Assembly: GCA_963921275.4 (NCBI GenBank)
Contig: OZ001293.3
Location: 5,056,001 to 5,120,000, forward strand
Origin: an uncultured Hormoscilla sp.
GTDB lineage: Bacteria; Cyanobacteriota; Cyanobacteriia; Cyanobacteriales; Desertifilaceae
Reading direction: 5' to 3'
Length of the DNA stretch: 64,000 nt
The notes under the pieces are model-generated. The model saw only the letters and a program-made list of their open reading frames with translations, did no database searches and was not told the origin of the DNA. Below are positions 44,486 through 55,737 of the stretch, in pieces. Position numbers and translations under genes: made by a program. Position 1 is the stretch's first letter. Each line of letters begins with the position of its first letter.

Positions 44486-45514
44486 ATGTTTGGTCTTATC
44501 GGTCACCTTACAAGTTTGGAACATGCCCAAGAAGTCGCCAGAGACTTGGGCTACCCGGAATATGCCGACCAAGGGCTAGATTTCTGGTGCTCAGCACCGC
44601 CCCTTATAGTAGACAATATTAAAGTCACTAGCATCACGGGTCAAATCATCGAAGGTCGGTACGTGGAATCATGCTTTCTGCCAGAGATGCTAGCTTATCG
44701 CCGGATAAAGGCAGCAATGAGAAAAATCCTCAACGCGATGGCTCACACCCAAAAACAGGGCATCAAGATTACGGCTCTGGGGGGATTTTCCTCGATCGTA
44801 TTTGAAGAGTTTAACCTGCACAAGCACAGGCAAGTCCGGAATATACAGTTGGAGTTCGATCGCTTCACGACGGGAAACACCCACACGGCATACGTTATTT
44901 GCCGTCAGGTTGAACTGGCATCAGCCCAGCTAGGAAGAGAACTGTCTCAGGCAACGGTAGCGGTTTGTGGTGCCACTGGGGACATTGGTAGTGCAGTCTG
45001 TCGGTGGCTAAATACTAAGACAGATGTGGCTTCCTTACTGATGATTGCCCGCAACCAAGAACGACTGCAAGCTTTACAGTCAGACTTGGGACGAGGCAAA
45101 ATTATGGGATTAGAGGAGGCTCTACCCCAGGCTGATATTATAGTGTGGGTGGCCAGTATGCGCAAGGGCGTGGAAATTGACCCCAAGCAATTGAAGCAAC
45201 CATGCCTGCTGATAGATGGGGGCTATCCGAAAAACATGGGCAGGAAAATATCTCATCCAGGAGTACATGTGCTCAAGGGTGGCATAGTGGAGCATTCCTT
45301 GGATATAGATTGGAAGATTATGAATATCGTCAGGATGGCAGTGCCAGGACGTCAGCTGTTTGCCTGTTTTGCCGAGTCGATGCTGCTGGAGTTTGAGAAA
45401 TTGTACACCAACTTCTCTTGGGGACGCAATCAGATTACAGTAGAAAAGATGGAGCAGATTGGTAAGCTGTCAGTTAAGCATGGATTTAAACCGCTCCTAG
45501 TTGAGGAATGTTAG
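44486..45514 (+). CDS. aar: Acyl-ACP reductase
   Basis: [39 protein letters not shown]. Confidence 0.97.
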   Translation: MFGLIGHLTSLEHAQEVARDLGYPEYADQGLDFWCSAPPLIVDNIKVTSITGQIIEGRYVESCFLPEMLAYRRIKAAMRKILNAMAHTQKQGIKITALGGFSSIVFEEFNLHKHRQVRNIQLEFDRFTTGNTHTAYVICRQVELASAQLGRELSQATVAVCGATGDIGSAVCRWLNTKTDVASLLMIARNQERLQALQSDLGRGKIMGLEEALPQADIIVWVASMRKGVEIDPKQLKQPCLLIDGGYPKNMGRKISHPGVHVLKGGIVEHSLDIDWKIMNIVRMAVPGRQLFACFAESMLLEFEKLYTNFSWGRNQITVEKMEQIGKLSVKHGFKPLLVEEC

Positions 45515-45613
45515 AGTCAATTTGGGGCTGAAGTCGAATCGCCCTGTCGGGAGACATCGAGCGACCAGGAGATATCAAACCCGTCCTACGAATATATTAT
45601 CAAAATTGCTGAC

Positions 45614-46594
45614 GTGGCAAATACAGAGCGCAAACCGTTACTCCTAGATTTTGAAAAGCCCCTGGTGGAGTTGGAGGCCAGAATTGACCAAATTAGGTCT
45701 CTGGCAGAGGAAAATGATGTCGATGTCTCCGATCAAATCCGCCAGTTGGAAGCCAGGGCCGTGCAGCTACGCACGGAAATATTTAGCAGTCTGTCACCGG
45801 CTCAGCGGCTGCAATTGGCCCGTCATCCCCGCCGTCCGAGTACCCTGGATTATATTCAGGCAATCAGTGATGAATGGATAGAATTGCATGGCGATCGGGG
45901 GGGATATGACGATCGGGCCTTGGTGGGTGGGGTCGGGCGGATGAAGGGACGGCCAGTGGTGATGTTGGGTCATCAAAAAGGTCGGGATACCAAAGATAAT
46001 GTGGCCCGGAACTTTGGCATGGCCTCCCCAGGGGGATACCGGAAGGCCATGCGATTGATGGAACATGCAAACCGCTTTGGCATGCCGATTTTGACCTTTA
46101 TTGATACTCCTGGTGCCTGGGCGGGTGTACAGGCGGAAGAGTTGGGCCAGGGAGAGGCGATCGCCTATAATCTGCGAGAAATGTTCCGTCTGGAGGTGCC
46201 GATCGTATGTACGGTGATTGGTGAAGGTGGCTCCGGTGGTGCTTTGGGGATTGGCGTGGGCGATCGGCTATTGATGTTTGAACATGCGGTGTATACGGTG
46301 GCCAGCCCGGAAGCCTGTGCGGCCATCCTCTGGAAAGACGCTGCCAAATCTGGCCAAGCGGCGGAAGCCCTGAAAATCACCGCCAGAGATCTAAAACAGC
46401 TGGGTATCCTGGACCAAATCGTGGTAGAACCCCTAGGGGGCGCTCATTCAGACCCCTTGAAAGCCAGTGGGATTCTCAAACAGGCCATATGGGAAAATTT
46501 AGAGGAACTATCAGCTATGACTGGCGAAAAACGGCGATCGCAGCGCTATCAGAAGTTTCGCAGCATCGGTGTATTTCTGGAAGCATCTGCCTAG
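45614..46594 (+). CDS. accA: Acetyl-CoA carboxylase carboxyltransferase alpha subunit
   Basis: [34 protein letters not shown]. Confidence 0.97.
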   Translation: MANTERKPLLLDFEKPLVELEARIDQIRSLAEENDVDVSDQIRQLEARAVQLRTEIFSSLSPAQRLQLARHPRRPSTLDYIQAISDEWIELHGDRGGYDDRALVGGVGRMKGRPVVMLGHQKGRDTKDNVARNFGMASPGGYRKAMRLMEHANRFGMPILTFIDTPGAWAGVQAEELGQGEAIAYNLREMFRLEVPIVCTVIGEGGSGGALGIGVGDRLLMFEHAVYTVASPEACAAILWKDAAKSGQAAEALKITARDLKQLGILDQIVVEPLGGAHSDPLKASGILKQAIWENLEELSAMTGEKRRSQRYQKFRSIGVFLEASA

Positions 46595-47060
46595 AGATCT
46601 AATTTCGTCGAGCGCGCCGATCGCTGCGCGAAAAATCGAAAAAGAATGGCAGGCGCCCCCAGCGTAGCGCCATCGGACGAGTGGTATATACTAAAATTAG
46701 TACACAATTGTTTACATTACTCTCATCTACAGCAGTTATTGGGCTGCTGGCTGTCGGAGTCTGTCGATGGCCTTGGCTGCTTGCTGGTATTAAGTTAGCA
46801 GAAGTGGCAGCTGTATGGGCAGACAAGATTGGGAGTAATTTTTATTATACCCCATATATCTAGCTAATGTCAAGCCCGGAGAGATATGAGCGATCGCCCT
46901 CTCTTTGCTGTCTTGTTTTTTATGGTCTAGTCGCTTTACGAACTTCCCGAATTGTAGAGCAGATAGCGCTGGTGCCCAATGAAAGGCGGCATGGGTGCTG
47001 TCGATAAGAGTGATTGGACAAGAATGCTGCGTAGATAATTGAGTTTTGAGTTTTGAGCTT

Positions 47061-47762
47061 ATGACTATAGCTTCCTTTAACGGTTCCCAACGCCCAGACA
47101 TGACTAACAATCAAGATGCCAAAAAAGTCCTGACTCGTCCCGATCGCAATACTTCAAATGGCTTGCAACCCAGGCAGCCCGATGAAGAAATCGACGACGA
47201 GCAGATGATGGCAGCAGTAAAGACAATGCTGCTGGGGGTAGGAGAAGACCCAAACCGGGAAGGATTGTTGAAAACGCCCAAACGGGTAGCAGAAGCAATG
47301 CGATTTCTGACCAATGGCTACAATCAGTCCCTGGAAGAAATCGTCAACGGAGCCATCTTTGATGAAGGTCACAACGAGATGGTGTTAGTGCGGGATGTCA
47401 ACTTGTTTAGTCTCTGCGAACACCATATGTTACCCTTCATGGGCAGAGCCCACGTCGCATACATTCCCACACAGAAAGTTGTAGGATTGAGTAAGCTAGC
47501 CCGCATTGTCGAAATGTATGCCCGACGCTTGCAAGTGCAAGAACGACTGACGCGGCAGATAGCAGAAGCAATTCAGACCATTTTAGAACCTCAAGGGGTT
47601 GCCGTAGTGGTAGAGGCTACCCATATGTGTATGGTAATGCGGGGAGTGCAGAAACCAGGTTCTTGGACTGTCACCAGTGCGATGTTAGGAGTGTTTCAAG
47701 AAGAGCAGAAAACCAAGGAAGAGTTCCTGAATTTGATTCGCCACCAACCAGCATTCTTTTAA
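47061..47762 (+). CDS. folE: GTP cyclohydrolase I
   Basis: [49 protein letters not shown]. Confidence 0.97.
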   Translation: MTIASFNGSQRPDMTNNQDAKKVLTRPDRNTSNGLQPRQPDEEIDDEQMMAAVKTMLLGVGEDPNREGLLKTPKRVAEAMRFLTNGYNQSLEEIVNGAIFDEGHNEMVLVRDVNLFSLCEHHMLPFMGRAHVAYIPTQKVVGLSKLARIVEMYARRLQVQERLTRQIAEAIQTILEPQGVAVVVEATHMCMVMRGVQKPGSWTVTSAMLGVFQEEQKTKEEFLNLIRHQPAFF

Positions 47763-48034
47763 GATCGAAATTATGCTTCCATTGAGTTTCCCTCGTTCCC
47801 TGGCCATTCTACGTGACGCACTTTCCTCTCGTTCCCAGGCAGAGCCTGGGAACGGGTTCTAGAGGCTCTGCCTCGAAGGACGTGGATGGTTTCTTAATTC
47901 AAGCGGATCAAGCTCCCCCATCGCCCCTTCCCTTAACTATACTACTTCTGTCGCGGATTGTGATAAGATAAACCTTGGCATGGTCTTGGTTTACGACCCA
48001 TTCTCAAGCAAATCATCATTCTCTATTCCTAGTT

Positions 48035-48262
48035 ATGGCTTTTTTGCGTCAAGTATTGGCCCCATTTTTAATCTTATTGGTTTTTTTGGTCGCACTGTTG
48101 GCTGTCAGCGCCCGCATCTTTTTACCTAATGATATGGCGGCACCAGCCCCGATATCCGAGGTTTCTCCTTCCCAAACTGATTCGCTGTCTCCTGGGAGCT
48201 ACAGATGCTGCGCGGGCGAGGACGTCCGCGCTACTACCCAGGAGACAGCGACCGTTAGTTAA
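48035..48262 (+). CDS. Small membrane protein with an in-frame mini-element (48182-48251)
   Basis: MAFLRQVLAPFLILLVFLVALLAVSARIFLPNDMAAPAP. Confidence 0.65.
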   Translation: MAFLRQVLAPFLILLVFLVALLAVSARIFLPNDMAAPAPISEVSPSQTDSLSPGSYRCCAGEDVRATTQETATVS

Positions 48263-48759
48263 TGGCTACACAACAGTTGCTCATTCCAGGATATCAGTTG
48301 CGGGCTGGGTGGCAGCTTGAACAACCCCGCCTGGTTGAGTTCATGCTGCTGACTTACTCAGAACTGTTTCCAGGACGGGATTTTGCACATTTGGCCCGAT
48401 CGGTTGACCAGCATTTTTCCGAACAGACGCCTCTCTGGTGGGTGGAAGTGGCCGCTCAGCAGCAGTTTTCTGATTATTTGACACCTGTGCCTCAACCGGT
48501 GGGCTGCTTGTGGATGGGAAATGCTGTCGATCAGGTGAATGCTGCACGCCATGCTCATATCTTTTTGGTTTATGTGGTGCCAGAACATCGACGCCAGGGT
48601 ATTGGTTCGGCCCTGATGCGTTATGCTGAAGCTTGGGCGTCAGATAGGGGCGATCGGCAGTTGAGTTTGCAGGTCTTCTGTGTTAACCAACCCGCGATCG
48701 ACCTTTATCGCAAGTTGGGTTACCAAACTTTTTCCCATTGGATGGTTAAACCCCTCTAA
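48262..48759 (+). CDS. GNAT acetyltransferase
   Basis: YVVPEHRRQGIGSALM, NQPAIDLYRKLGY. Confidence 0.9.
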   Translation: MATQQLLIPGYQLRAGWQLEQPRLVEFMLLTYSELFPGRDFAHLARSVDQHFSEQTPLWWVEVAAQQQFSDYLTPVPQPVGCLWMGNAVDQVNAARHAHIFLVYVVPEHRRQGIGSALMRYAEAWASDRGDRQLSLQVFCVNQPAIDLYRKLGYQTFSHWMVKPL

Positions 48760-48887
48760 TAGCTCCCCCCTCCCCTTGATAACTACAGCATAAACCCTGT
48801 TTCTGGGTTCTACTTTATCGGTGCTCTCTGCTTTAAAATCAAGGCATTTGCATAAGATGAAATCGCCCGGTTTGTGGAGGATACTTT

Positions 48888-49862
48888 TCACAAATCTGGT
48901 AACTTCCTTACAGCAGCGTCTATTTTATCAGGTTCCGAACAGCATGCGATATTGAAATCGCGCAACCAACCTTCTTTGTCTGATAGCAAACCGACTCCGC
49001 GACCCATAGATATTGCCAACTTATCTGTTATCATAAACCGATCGTGCATAAATTCTTCGCCTTTCGTTTCATCCTTGACAATTAACTTAAATCGAGGGTA
49101 AAGATTTTGTAAATCTGCTTCCAACTGCTTTAGTTTTGTTTTTGCATCAGATAGTGCATCAGATAGTTTTGATGAATTTGGCGGCTTGAACCCACAGTAA
49201 ACTTCAAAAATACCTTGGCGTGAGTTAGTTGTCCTAAATACATTCAGTATATATTTTAGCATTGACTTATATTTTTTAGCATTCTTCTTCTGCAAAATAG
49301 ACCGTCCTACATAACGATCGTATATTTTGACGTGCTTTGCATACCTAAATATAGGGACAAGAATTTCCTACTCGAACTGCTTCTTTTCTGCTCCCTTAGG
49401 AAAAACGCGATCTGATTTTTCCATAACAGCGCAAAACTCATCCTCGATCGCGTACTCATCTGAATTTACGACTTTTACAGAAAAGACCCTCTGTGTCTTA
49501 GCACAAGAATAGCACTTCAGGCGAGCAAGTACGAACTCTGGTAAATGCTGCTTAGTGATGCGAATATATGACAAGCACTGTTGTTGGGGACAACTTGTCT
49601 TAATTGTATCATCTATGTCAAATTCAACAAAACGATTTTTCTTGTCTAATGTTGTCAAGATTGTTTGAATTGACTTCTTATACTTTGGCGGCCATTTCTT
49701 TACTATGGCTCGGATATGATTAAAGTGATCGCGATCTTCTATCAAAAACACGCCTTTTTTTTCTAGCTTACGGAATAATTCGATCGTCGAGTTGTAAAAA
49801 ATACCTGATTCATCAGGAGTTGCTGTTATAACAGATGGTAAGAGTACAGTCGGGACTAACAT
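48888..49862 (-). pseudogene. Uncharacterised ATPase-partner protein with one in-frame stop (49368-49370)
   Basis: ORFs 49368-49940 and 48888-49295 share a frame; KIYDRYVG and HDRFMITD motifs. Confidence 0.6.
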
Positions 49863-49863
49863 A

Positions 49864-51545
49864 TCAGCCAAACATCTCGTTAAAGTCTTCTTCAAAAAAT
49901 CCATCCGGCCACTCATCGATAAAGTCGCCGTCTTCGTCAAGTCTCAATGACAAGCATTTGGAGCCTTCCGCCCCTCGATCTACATATATTACAGAGATAT
50001 CTTCCGGTTTTAGTTCTCCTTTTCTAATTAACTTCTGAAGCCTGAGCATGAGGTGTTCGCTGTGGGTTTCTATGATAAACTGATTATTGATAGGTGGCTT
50101 AATACATTCTGCCAGTAGGGAACCAGTTCCGCTTGCAAGCGGGGGTGGATGTGGATTTCTGGTTGCTCGAATAGCAGAGTTGTGTTGCGAGAGAGCATAC
50201 TCTGGACGATAATTGGCAAAACTTGACTGATGCCAAAACCGACATCTTGCAGGCTGACATTGACCCCTGTATACTCATCGACTAACTGCAAGGCAAAGAT
50301 ATCGCTGATTTCACTGGCTTCTGAGTTGGTGAATTTGGCCACCTTAAATTTGTATTTTAAGTCGAAGCGCCCGAGTTGATCGTTTACCCGCTGGAGGAGT
50401 TCGGGATTTTTGAACAAAATGTCTGGCACCATTTTTCCCGACTTGCCCACCTGTTTGCCTGTGTTACCGCTAAAAGTATAAATCCTTTCTGGGTACTCCC
50501 GCAAGGGTCCGATGTATGTCATTTCTTCAAAGATCGATCGGCATACCTCGCTAGCTAGTATAGTCAGATCGTAAATATTAGGGGGATTTTTGGGTTTGTA
50601 AACATTAGATAATTTCCATACTTCTTCTGAAGGCTTCGATTCTTCTAAATCCTGCTCATCTGCTCGGACGGGTAAAAATTCTCGGCAGTACAGATATGGA
50701 TCCGTACTTAACTGTAATAAGTCCTCCTTTGCCTTATCCCAACTATAATATTCAAAATGCTCCCACAATCTTATCAAGAATTCAATAGAAAACAATACTT
50801 TTTCTACCTCTTTTCTTTCAATCTCATCTGGATTAATTTCTACCAACTTATCTTTTAACTCTTTTTGACAATCGTATAGTTCTTCTGGCAATCTCTTTGT
50901 CCATTCTTTACGATCTTGTAATTTTAACTTGGTAAATATTCTCTTTACCTCTTCCTCTCTCCTCTTAAATATCACTTCTTTCACTTGTTCATACCATTTT
51001 AACCAAATGATATGTTCTTCATTAATTAGATATTTTTAAAAAGCTGTATTCTGAAAGCTATCACTCTCATATTGCCAGCTCTTTTTGTCTAAAAGTCTAT
51101 AGCATATCAATGAAGATGGATCGTCACCCATAAACAGCTCGATACTGGATAGCACTACCTTCGATGTCTTCTTATCATAGGCAAAAGTAACCTGCAATTC
51201 TAAAATTGGAGCCAACTCAAAATCTTTGGGAACGATCTTCCAAAAATCCTCTTGGAGTTCCGGTTCGTCCAGTTCCAGCTTTACCTTGAACGAGAAAGAC
51301 TGACTGACATCGTGCCGGCGGACGAATTCCCGATAACTGCCCAGGTTGACGAGATTGCCCTTGGGTAACAATACCGTATCGGGGTCTTCAGCTTCCTGGA
51401 GAGTCTGTTTGAGCAGCAGGAGTGATTGCAGCACCGAACTCTTGCCAGAAAAGTTGGGACCGTAGATCAGCGTGATGGGTCGAATCGGAAGTTTCTCCGG
51501 TCCGGCAAATGCTTTGAAATTGGTCAGTTGGTACTCTCGCAGCAA
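49864..51545 (-). pseudogene. AAA ATPase (DUF3696-type C-terminus), with a stop and a frameshift
   Basis: NFKAF, GPNFSGKSS, YIGPLR, DVGFGISQVLP, EQPEIHIHP, ETHSEH, DEWPDGFFEE. Confidence 0.8.
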
Positions 51546-51605
51546 TATTCTACTCCTTTTCGCGGTTGCTTCATGAATTTTGGTAGGGTGGGCGGTCCCC
51601 ACCCT

Positions 51606-51998
51606 ACATTCTACAATTCTATCACTCTCTGCCTGCCATCAACCCGGTTTTTTAGCTTTTTCGAGGATTGCCCGATCGCCCTGCACCGGTCAGCCACCAT
51701 TAAGTACATACATTCTACAATTATATCACTCCCTGCCTGCCATCTACCCTGTTTCTTAGCTTTTTCGAGGATTGCCCGATCGCCCTGCACCGGTCAGCCA
51801 CCATCAAGTACATACATTCTACAATTATATCACTCTCTGTCTGCCATCTACCCTGTTTCTTAGCTTTTTCGAGGATTGCCCGATCGCCCTGCACCGGTCA
51901 GCCACCATCAAGTACACACCCTACATTCTACAATTGGATCACTCCCTGTCTGCCATCAACCCTGTTTCTTAGCTTTTTCGAGGATTGCCCGATCGCCT
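51606..51998. repeat. Four ~104-bp tandem units
   Basis: TCGAGGATTGCCCGATCGCC at 51661, 51765, 51869 and 51978. Confidence 0.92.
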
Positions 51999-52340
51999 TC
52001 AGACCTGCCAACAGCCGACTTGTGTCCGAGAGTACCACTCTATCGCCCTACACGACTCTCGGACACGACTTCCCCAATGATTTTTCTTTTCCGACTTGGG
52101 TTGCGGGCGATGTTTTTGACAAAAGCCTCGGTACTTAGCAGCGCATTCATCCAAAGTTTTGCCCAAGGACAGAAAAGCCAGATGCCCTTGAATAATGCCA
52201 TCATCCCCCAACCTGTCATAGACGCCATAATTGCTGAAATCGTAAAAAAAACCGTACTGCATGCCAGAGCAAAAGGATTAGCATGGATGTAGCGAAGAGT
52301 ATTGAGGTCCCTCGTAAAGTCAAAATTAGGAATGCTTTGC
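51999..52340 (-). pseudogene. RAYT/IS200-like tyrosine transposase fragment
   Basis: LNTLRYIHANP, FYDFSNYG. Confidence 0.6.
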
Positions 52341-52389
52341 CCCTACAGAGGTTTTTATTGTCATTAGCTATTTTAACAGGCAGCTTGAT

Positions 52390-52552
52390 AATAAGCTATT
52401 GCAGGCTTACAATAAGCTATTGCAGGCGTACAACAAGCTATTGTTGACTTACAACAAAATATTGCAGGCGTACAACAAGCTATTGTTGACTTACAACAAA
52501 ATATTGCAGGCTTACAATAAGCTATTGTTGGCTTACAACAAGCTATTGTAAA
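52390..52552. repeat. About eight 21-bp tandem repeats
   Basis: AA(T/C)AAGCTATTG(CAGG/TTGA)C(T/G)TAC units. Confidence 0.9.
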
Positions 52553-52648
52553 CCTATTGGGTGTTACAATTTTCTGACGCTCGGCGCCAGCAGCACCTGG
52601 CGGAGCCTGGTAACGCGGGGGTTTGACGGCGGGCCGACAGCGAAGCTA

Positions 52649-53281
52649 TTAATTTTGCTGCACCATCCAGACTAAAAAGCCCAGAATTTGTTCTACGGGC
52701 GGTAATGAATAAACCGAGAGGTCGATGGTAGCAGTTTGACCTTCTAGTTTCAGGAATTGCCATTGAGTGCCATTGCTGACACTGCCGTATATTGTGGAAA
52801 TCTGTTGGTTATGTTCCTGGTTAAAGCGCTGTGCTGCTACCATTTCTGCTAGGCATTGCCCTAATCCTGTTTTCAGATCGGCTTGCTTTGCCTCTACAAT
52901 TATTACTACTGGGGCTTCGATCGCCAGCATTTCCGGCGATCGACTCAGCAGGAAATCGCAGCGTCCTTTTAATCCCAGACTTTCGTCTACCGTGAAATCT
53001 TCCCCTGAGAACAAACTTACTTGTCGATCGAGAACCCGTCTTACTTCAACTAAAACTGGAGTTACAATTAACTCCGATCGGGCTTTGTCACTACTTGATG
53101 CTACAGCAAGAGGAATAGTTTCTGCCAGGTATTCTCGCAGCACCGTAGAAGGTTCCACAGGAGGAACATCGAGTAAGAAGCAAACCCCGGCAACAGTCGA
53201 GAGGTGCAAAAACTCTTTGACCTCTCGAACTGTGAGGTATTCGCTATAGGATGTTGGTGCTTTACGGGTTAGGTTCGACAT
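52649..53281 (-). CDS. Conserved cyanobacterial PD-(D/E)XK-like protein
   Basis: Paralog of 30511-31116. Confidence 0.7.
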   Translation of the reverse strand: MSNLTRKAPTSYSEYLTVREVKEFLHLSTVAGVCFLLDVPPVEPSTVLREYLAETIPLAVASSSDKARSELIVTPVLVEVRRVLDRQVSLFSGEDFTVDESLGLKGRCDFLLSRSPEMLAIEAPVVIIVEAKQADLKTGLGQCLAEMVAAQRFNQEHNQQISTIYGSVSNGTQWQFLKLEGQTATIDLSVYSLPPVEQILGFLVWMVQQN

Positions 53282-53305
53282 GGTTCTATTACCGCACTTA
53301 ACGCT

Positions 53306-53743
53306 TCACTCACCCCAAACCTGTACGAGAAAAGTCCTGTTTCGGGGACCGTCCAACTCAAAAAATAACACTGATTGCCAGGTGCCCAAAGCTAACTTAC
53401 TATCAATAATGGGAATCACTTCCGAAGTGCTTAACATCATTGCCATCAGGTGCGAATGGGCATTCATGGATTCGTCATCAGGAATATCTCGCAAATGCAG
53501 GTCGTTATGCAGATATTTTTCTGTATCTGGCGCTAATTTTAACAGATGCACTTTCACATCTTCTAGCAATCTTTCTTCATTTTCATTGATCGCCAAGGCA
53601 GTGGTTGTGTGTCGCGAAAACACAGTCACCTGACCGCTGTTGACGGCATTGCTGTCAATTACTTTCTGGATCTGAGGGGTAATGTTGTAGATGCAGATCC
53701 CCTTTTCTGTCTCTATGGAAATTATCTCATTGATCATCTTCAT
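53306..53743 (-). CDS. yjbQ: YjbQ family protein
   Basis: RHTTTALAINE, NAHSHL, LGTWQSVLFFELDGPR. Confidence 0.9.
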   Translation of the reverse strand: MKMINEIISIETEKGICIYNITPQIQKVIDSNAVNSGQVTVFSRHTTTALAINENEERLLEDVKVHLLKLAPDTEKYLHNDLHLRDIPDDESMNAHSHLMAMMLSTSEVIPIIDSKLALGTWQSVLFFELDGPRNRTFLVQVWGE

Positions 53744-53767
53744 TTCTACTCCTCGCTTCCCCATACT

Positions 53768-54010
53768 TTATGTAGTATTTTCAATCATCCACTTGAGAAA
53801 GGCCATAATTTGCCCCACAGGCAACAGTGGATAATCTATCAGATCTATTGTCACAGTTTTGTCTTGCAATTGCAAGAAGCGCCAGGCCGTGCCATTACTC
53901 ACCGAACCGAAGATCCGAGACATTAACCGTTCATTCTGAAGATTAAACTGTTGAGCTGCTAGCATGGAAGCAATACATTGCCCTAAGCCAACGGTCAGAG
54001 TTGATTCCAA
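53768..54010 (-). pseudogene. C-terminal fragment of the same PD-(D/E)XK-like family
   Basis: GLGQCIASMLAAQQFN, FGSVSNGTAWRFL. Confidence 0.65.
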
Positions 54011-54257
54011 GTTTTCACCCCTGCTGCTGTCAGGATAGGGTCTTTTCGCTGCTGCATCTCTTCCTTCGTAAACCTGGGAACCACGGAATTTCCAGCCTCG
54101 ATCGTATTTGACAGTGCTGCTAGCAAATCATCTACAGTTAGATCGACTGTAAAGACAGGTTCAATGAGATAATATGGACCTCCTTCACTTTGTGAACGGG
54201 AATGTAAGTTTTACCTTTTCTGACAATGACGCAACTTCAATCATCTTTCATCTTGGA

Positions 54258-54743
54258 CTACTCGCCAGCGGACTGTAAAATGTCAGCATAAAGTCGATCG
54301 CCTACCCGGAAAGCCGCCTGGGATATCAAATCATCCATCACGGGTTTGACAGCGGGAATTATTCCTCTGCGTTTGGCGACTAGGAGAATTCCCAACAATC
54401 CAGTCAGATTGAGTCCCAAGCTAGATGCTATTATTCTACCTGGATACTCATCTATCAAAAGTAAATCTGCCGTTAACTCGATGGCAAGTGCGATCGCTTC
54501 TGATTCACCTGCATCCAATTCGTTTTGCAGTTCACCTACAAAGATACGGTTTATCACCTGTCGTGTTTCAATCCAGGGTAGGGTTTGGACTGCGATCGCC
54601 CCTGGTACTGTATAGCCTAAGCCTACCATTTCATCGTAGACTGCTTGGGGAATAACGATACTGCTGTATAGTTGTCGTAACAGGTCAAGCTGTCCTATGG
54701 CAGCAAGGCTAGTAATTGGAGAAGTATTGCTAACTACAGTCAC
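54258..54743 (-). CDS. DUF3368 PIN-like protein
   Basis: VVSNTSPI, IPQAVYDE, LDAGESEAIALA, LLIDE. Confidence 0.85.
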   Translation of the reverse strand: MTVVSNTSPITSLAAIGQLDLLRQLYSSIVIPQAVYDEMVGLGYTVPGAIAVQTLPWIETRQVINRIFVGELQNELDAGESEAIALAIELTADLLLIDEYPGRIIASSLGLNLTGLLGILLVAKRRGIIPAVKPVMDDLISQAAFRVGDRLYADILQSAGE

Positions 54744-54985
54744 AAGTCACCTAGCCTTTTGAGGGTTTTCAGGTCTGCTTGAAAATCTTCTACGTCATAA
54801 TGGACGCAAATGCCGCGACTGGCAAGTTCTCGTCGGAATTCAATTAAATTCATTCCGGCTAGGCGACGCGCTTTCCCGGTGCTGATTTTGTATTTCTCAA
54901 ACAGCACGATCGCAATTTCCAGTTTTAATTCCTCTGATGATATTCCTGCCGCTGACAGGATATCATCGGTAATGACGATGCTCAT
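54740..54985 (-). CDS. UPF0175 family antitoxin
   Basis: ELKLEIAIVLF, ISTGKARRLAG, YDVEDFQADL. Confidence 0.85.
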   Translation of the reverse strand: MSIVITDDILSAAGISSEELKLEIAIVLFEKYKISTGKARRLAGMNLIEFRRELASRGICVHYDVEDFQADLKTLKRLGDL

Positions 54986-55166
54986 TTTTCTTTAACCTCC
55001 TGCATCCTTATCTAACCGATCCTGTTACTTCCCGATCGCCTGCTGACTACAATCATAACCCACTTCTCTCTTGTAAATTTTTGACGTTTTCTTGTCACTC
55101 TGCCCCGTAGCCCAGAAACCCGGTAATTCACTATACCGGGTTTTTTAATCATTTCTCGGAATGCAT

Positions 55167-55695
55167 TTAACTATCGCTTCCTAGTTGGATCGTTTTTGAC
55201 GGCATAATCGCTGGTTTGGGACTGCGACGTATCAGGCGATCGCGACAATCTTCCTGCAACCGGAGGATATACTCGTAGAAAAGTTGCTCGTCATTCTGAC
55301 ATTCGGTTTCCATTTCCATCCGGATGCGGCGTATTTCCTCAATAATCGGATCTCGTAGCATCTTCAACCTCCATTAATTCTTCTGGCGTACAAATTACCG
55401 GGGTGCTGATTCCATATTCAGCATTAATACTTTCGATTTTCTTTTTGACATTGCCATTGACAATGTGGGTACAGTTCCAAGATAACAAAAAATCAATCCC
55501 TTGGCTTGATGCTAAAGCTAAGTGATAAGAATCTGCTCTGACTTTTTCTGGCAGTTGCAGCGCTGCAAAATAGGTTCTGGCAAGGCTACGCACATCCCCT
55601 GTCACCTCTAAAAGTGAAAAACCTGACACTTGAGCAAGGCGTAGCTGTGCTGCTTGAGCATCTCCTCTGGAAATCTCTCTTGACAAAAAGAACAA
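55167..55695 (-). pseudogene. 5'-truncated PIN toxin (55339-55695) plus small partner gene (55167-55367)
   Basis: ADSYHLALAS, FLLSWNCTHIVN, PVICTPEEL; DPIIEEIRRIR. Confidence 0.7.
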
Positions 55696-55737
55696 GATTC
55701 GCTATCATCATAATATTTCCAAGCGGAGTTTCACCCA

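Noticed and set aside
51426..52292. Plus-strand ORFs of 145, 66 and 138 aa
   Set aside because: They are translations of the tandem array and are antisense to real genes.
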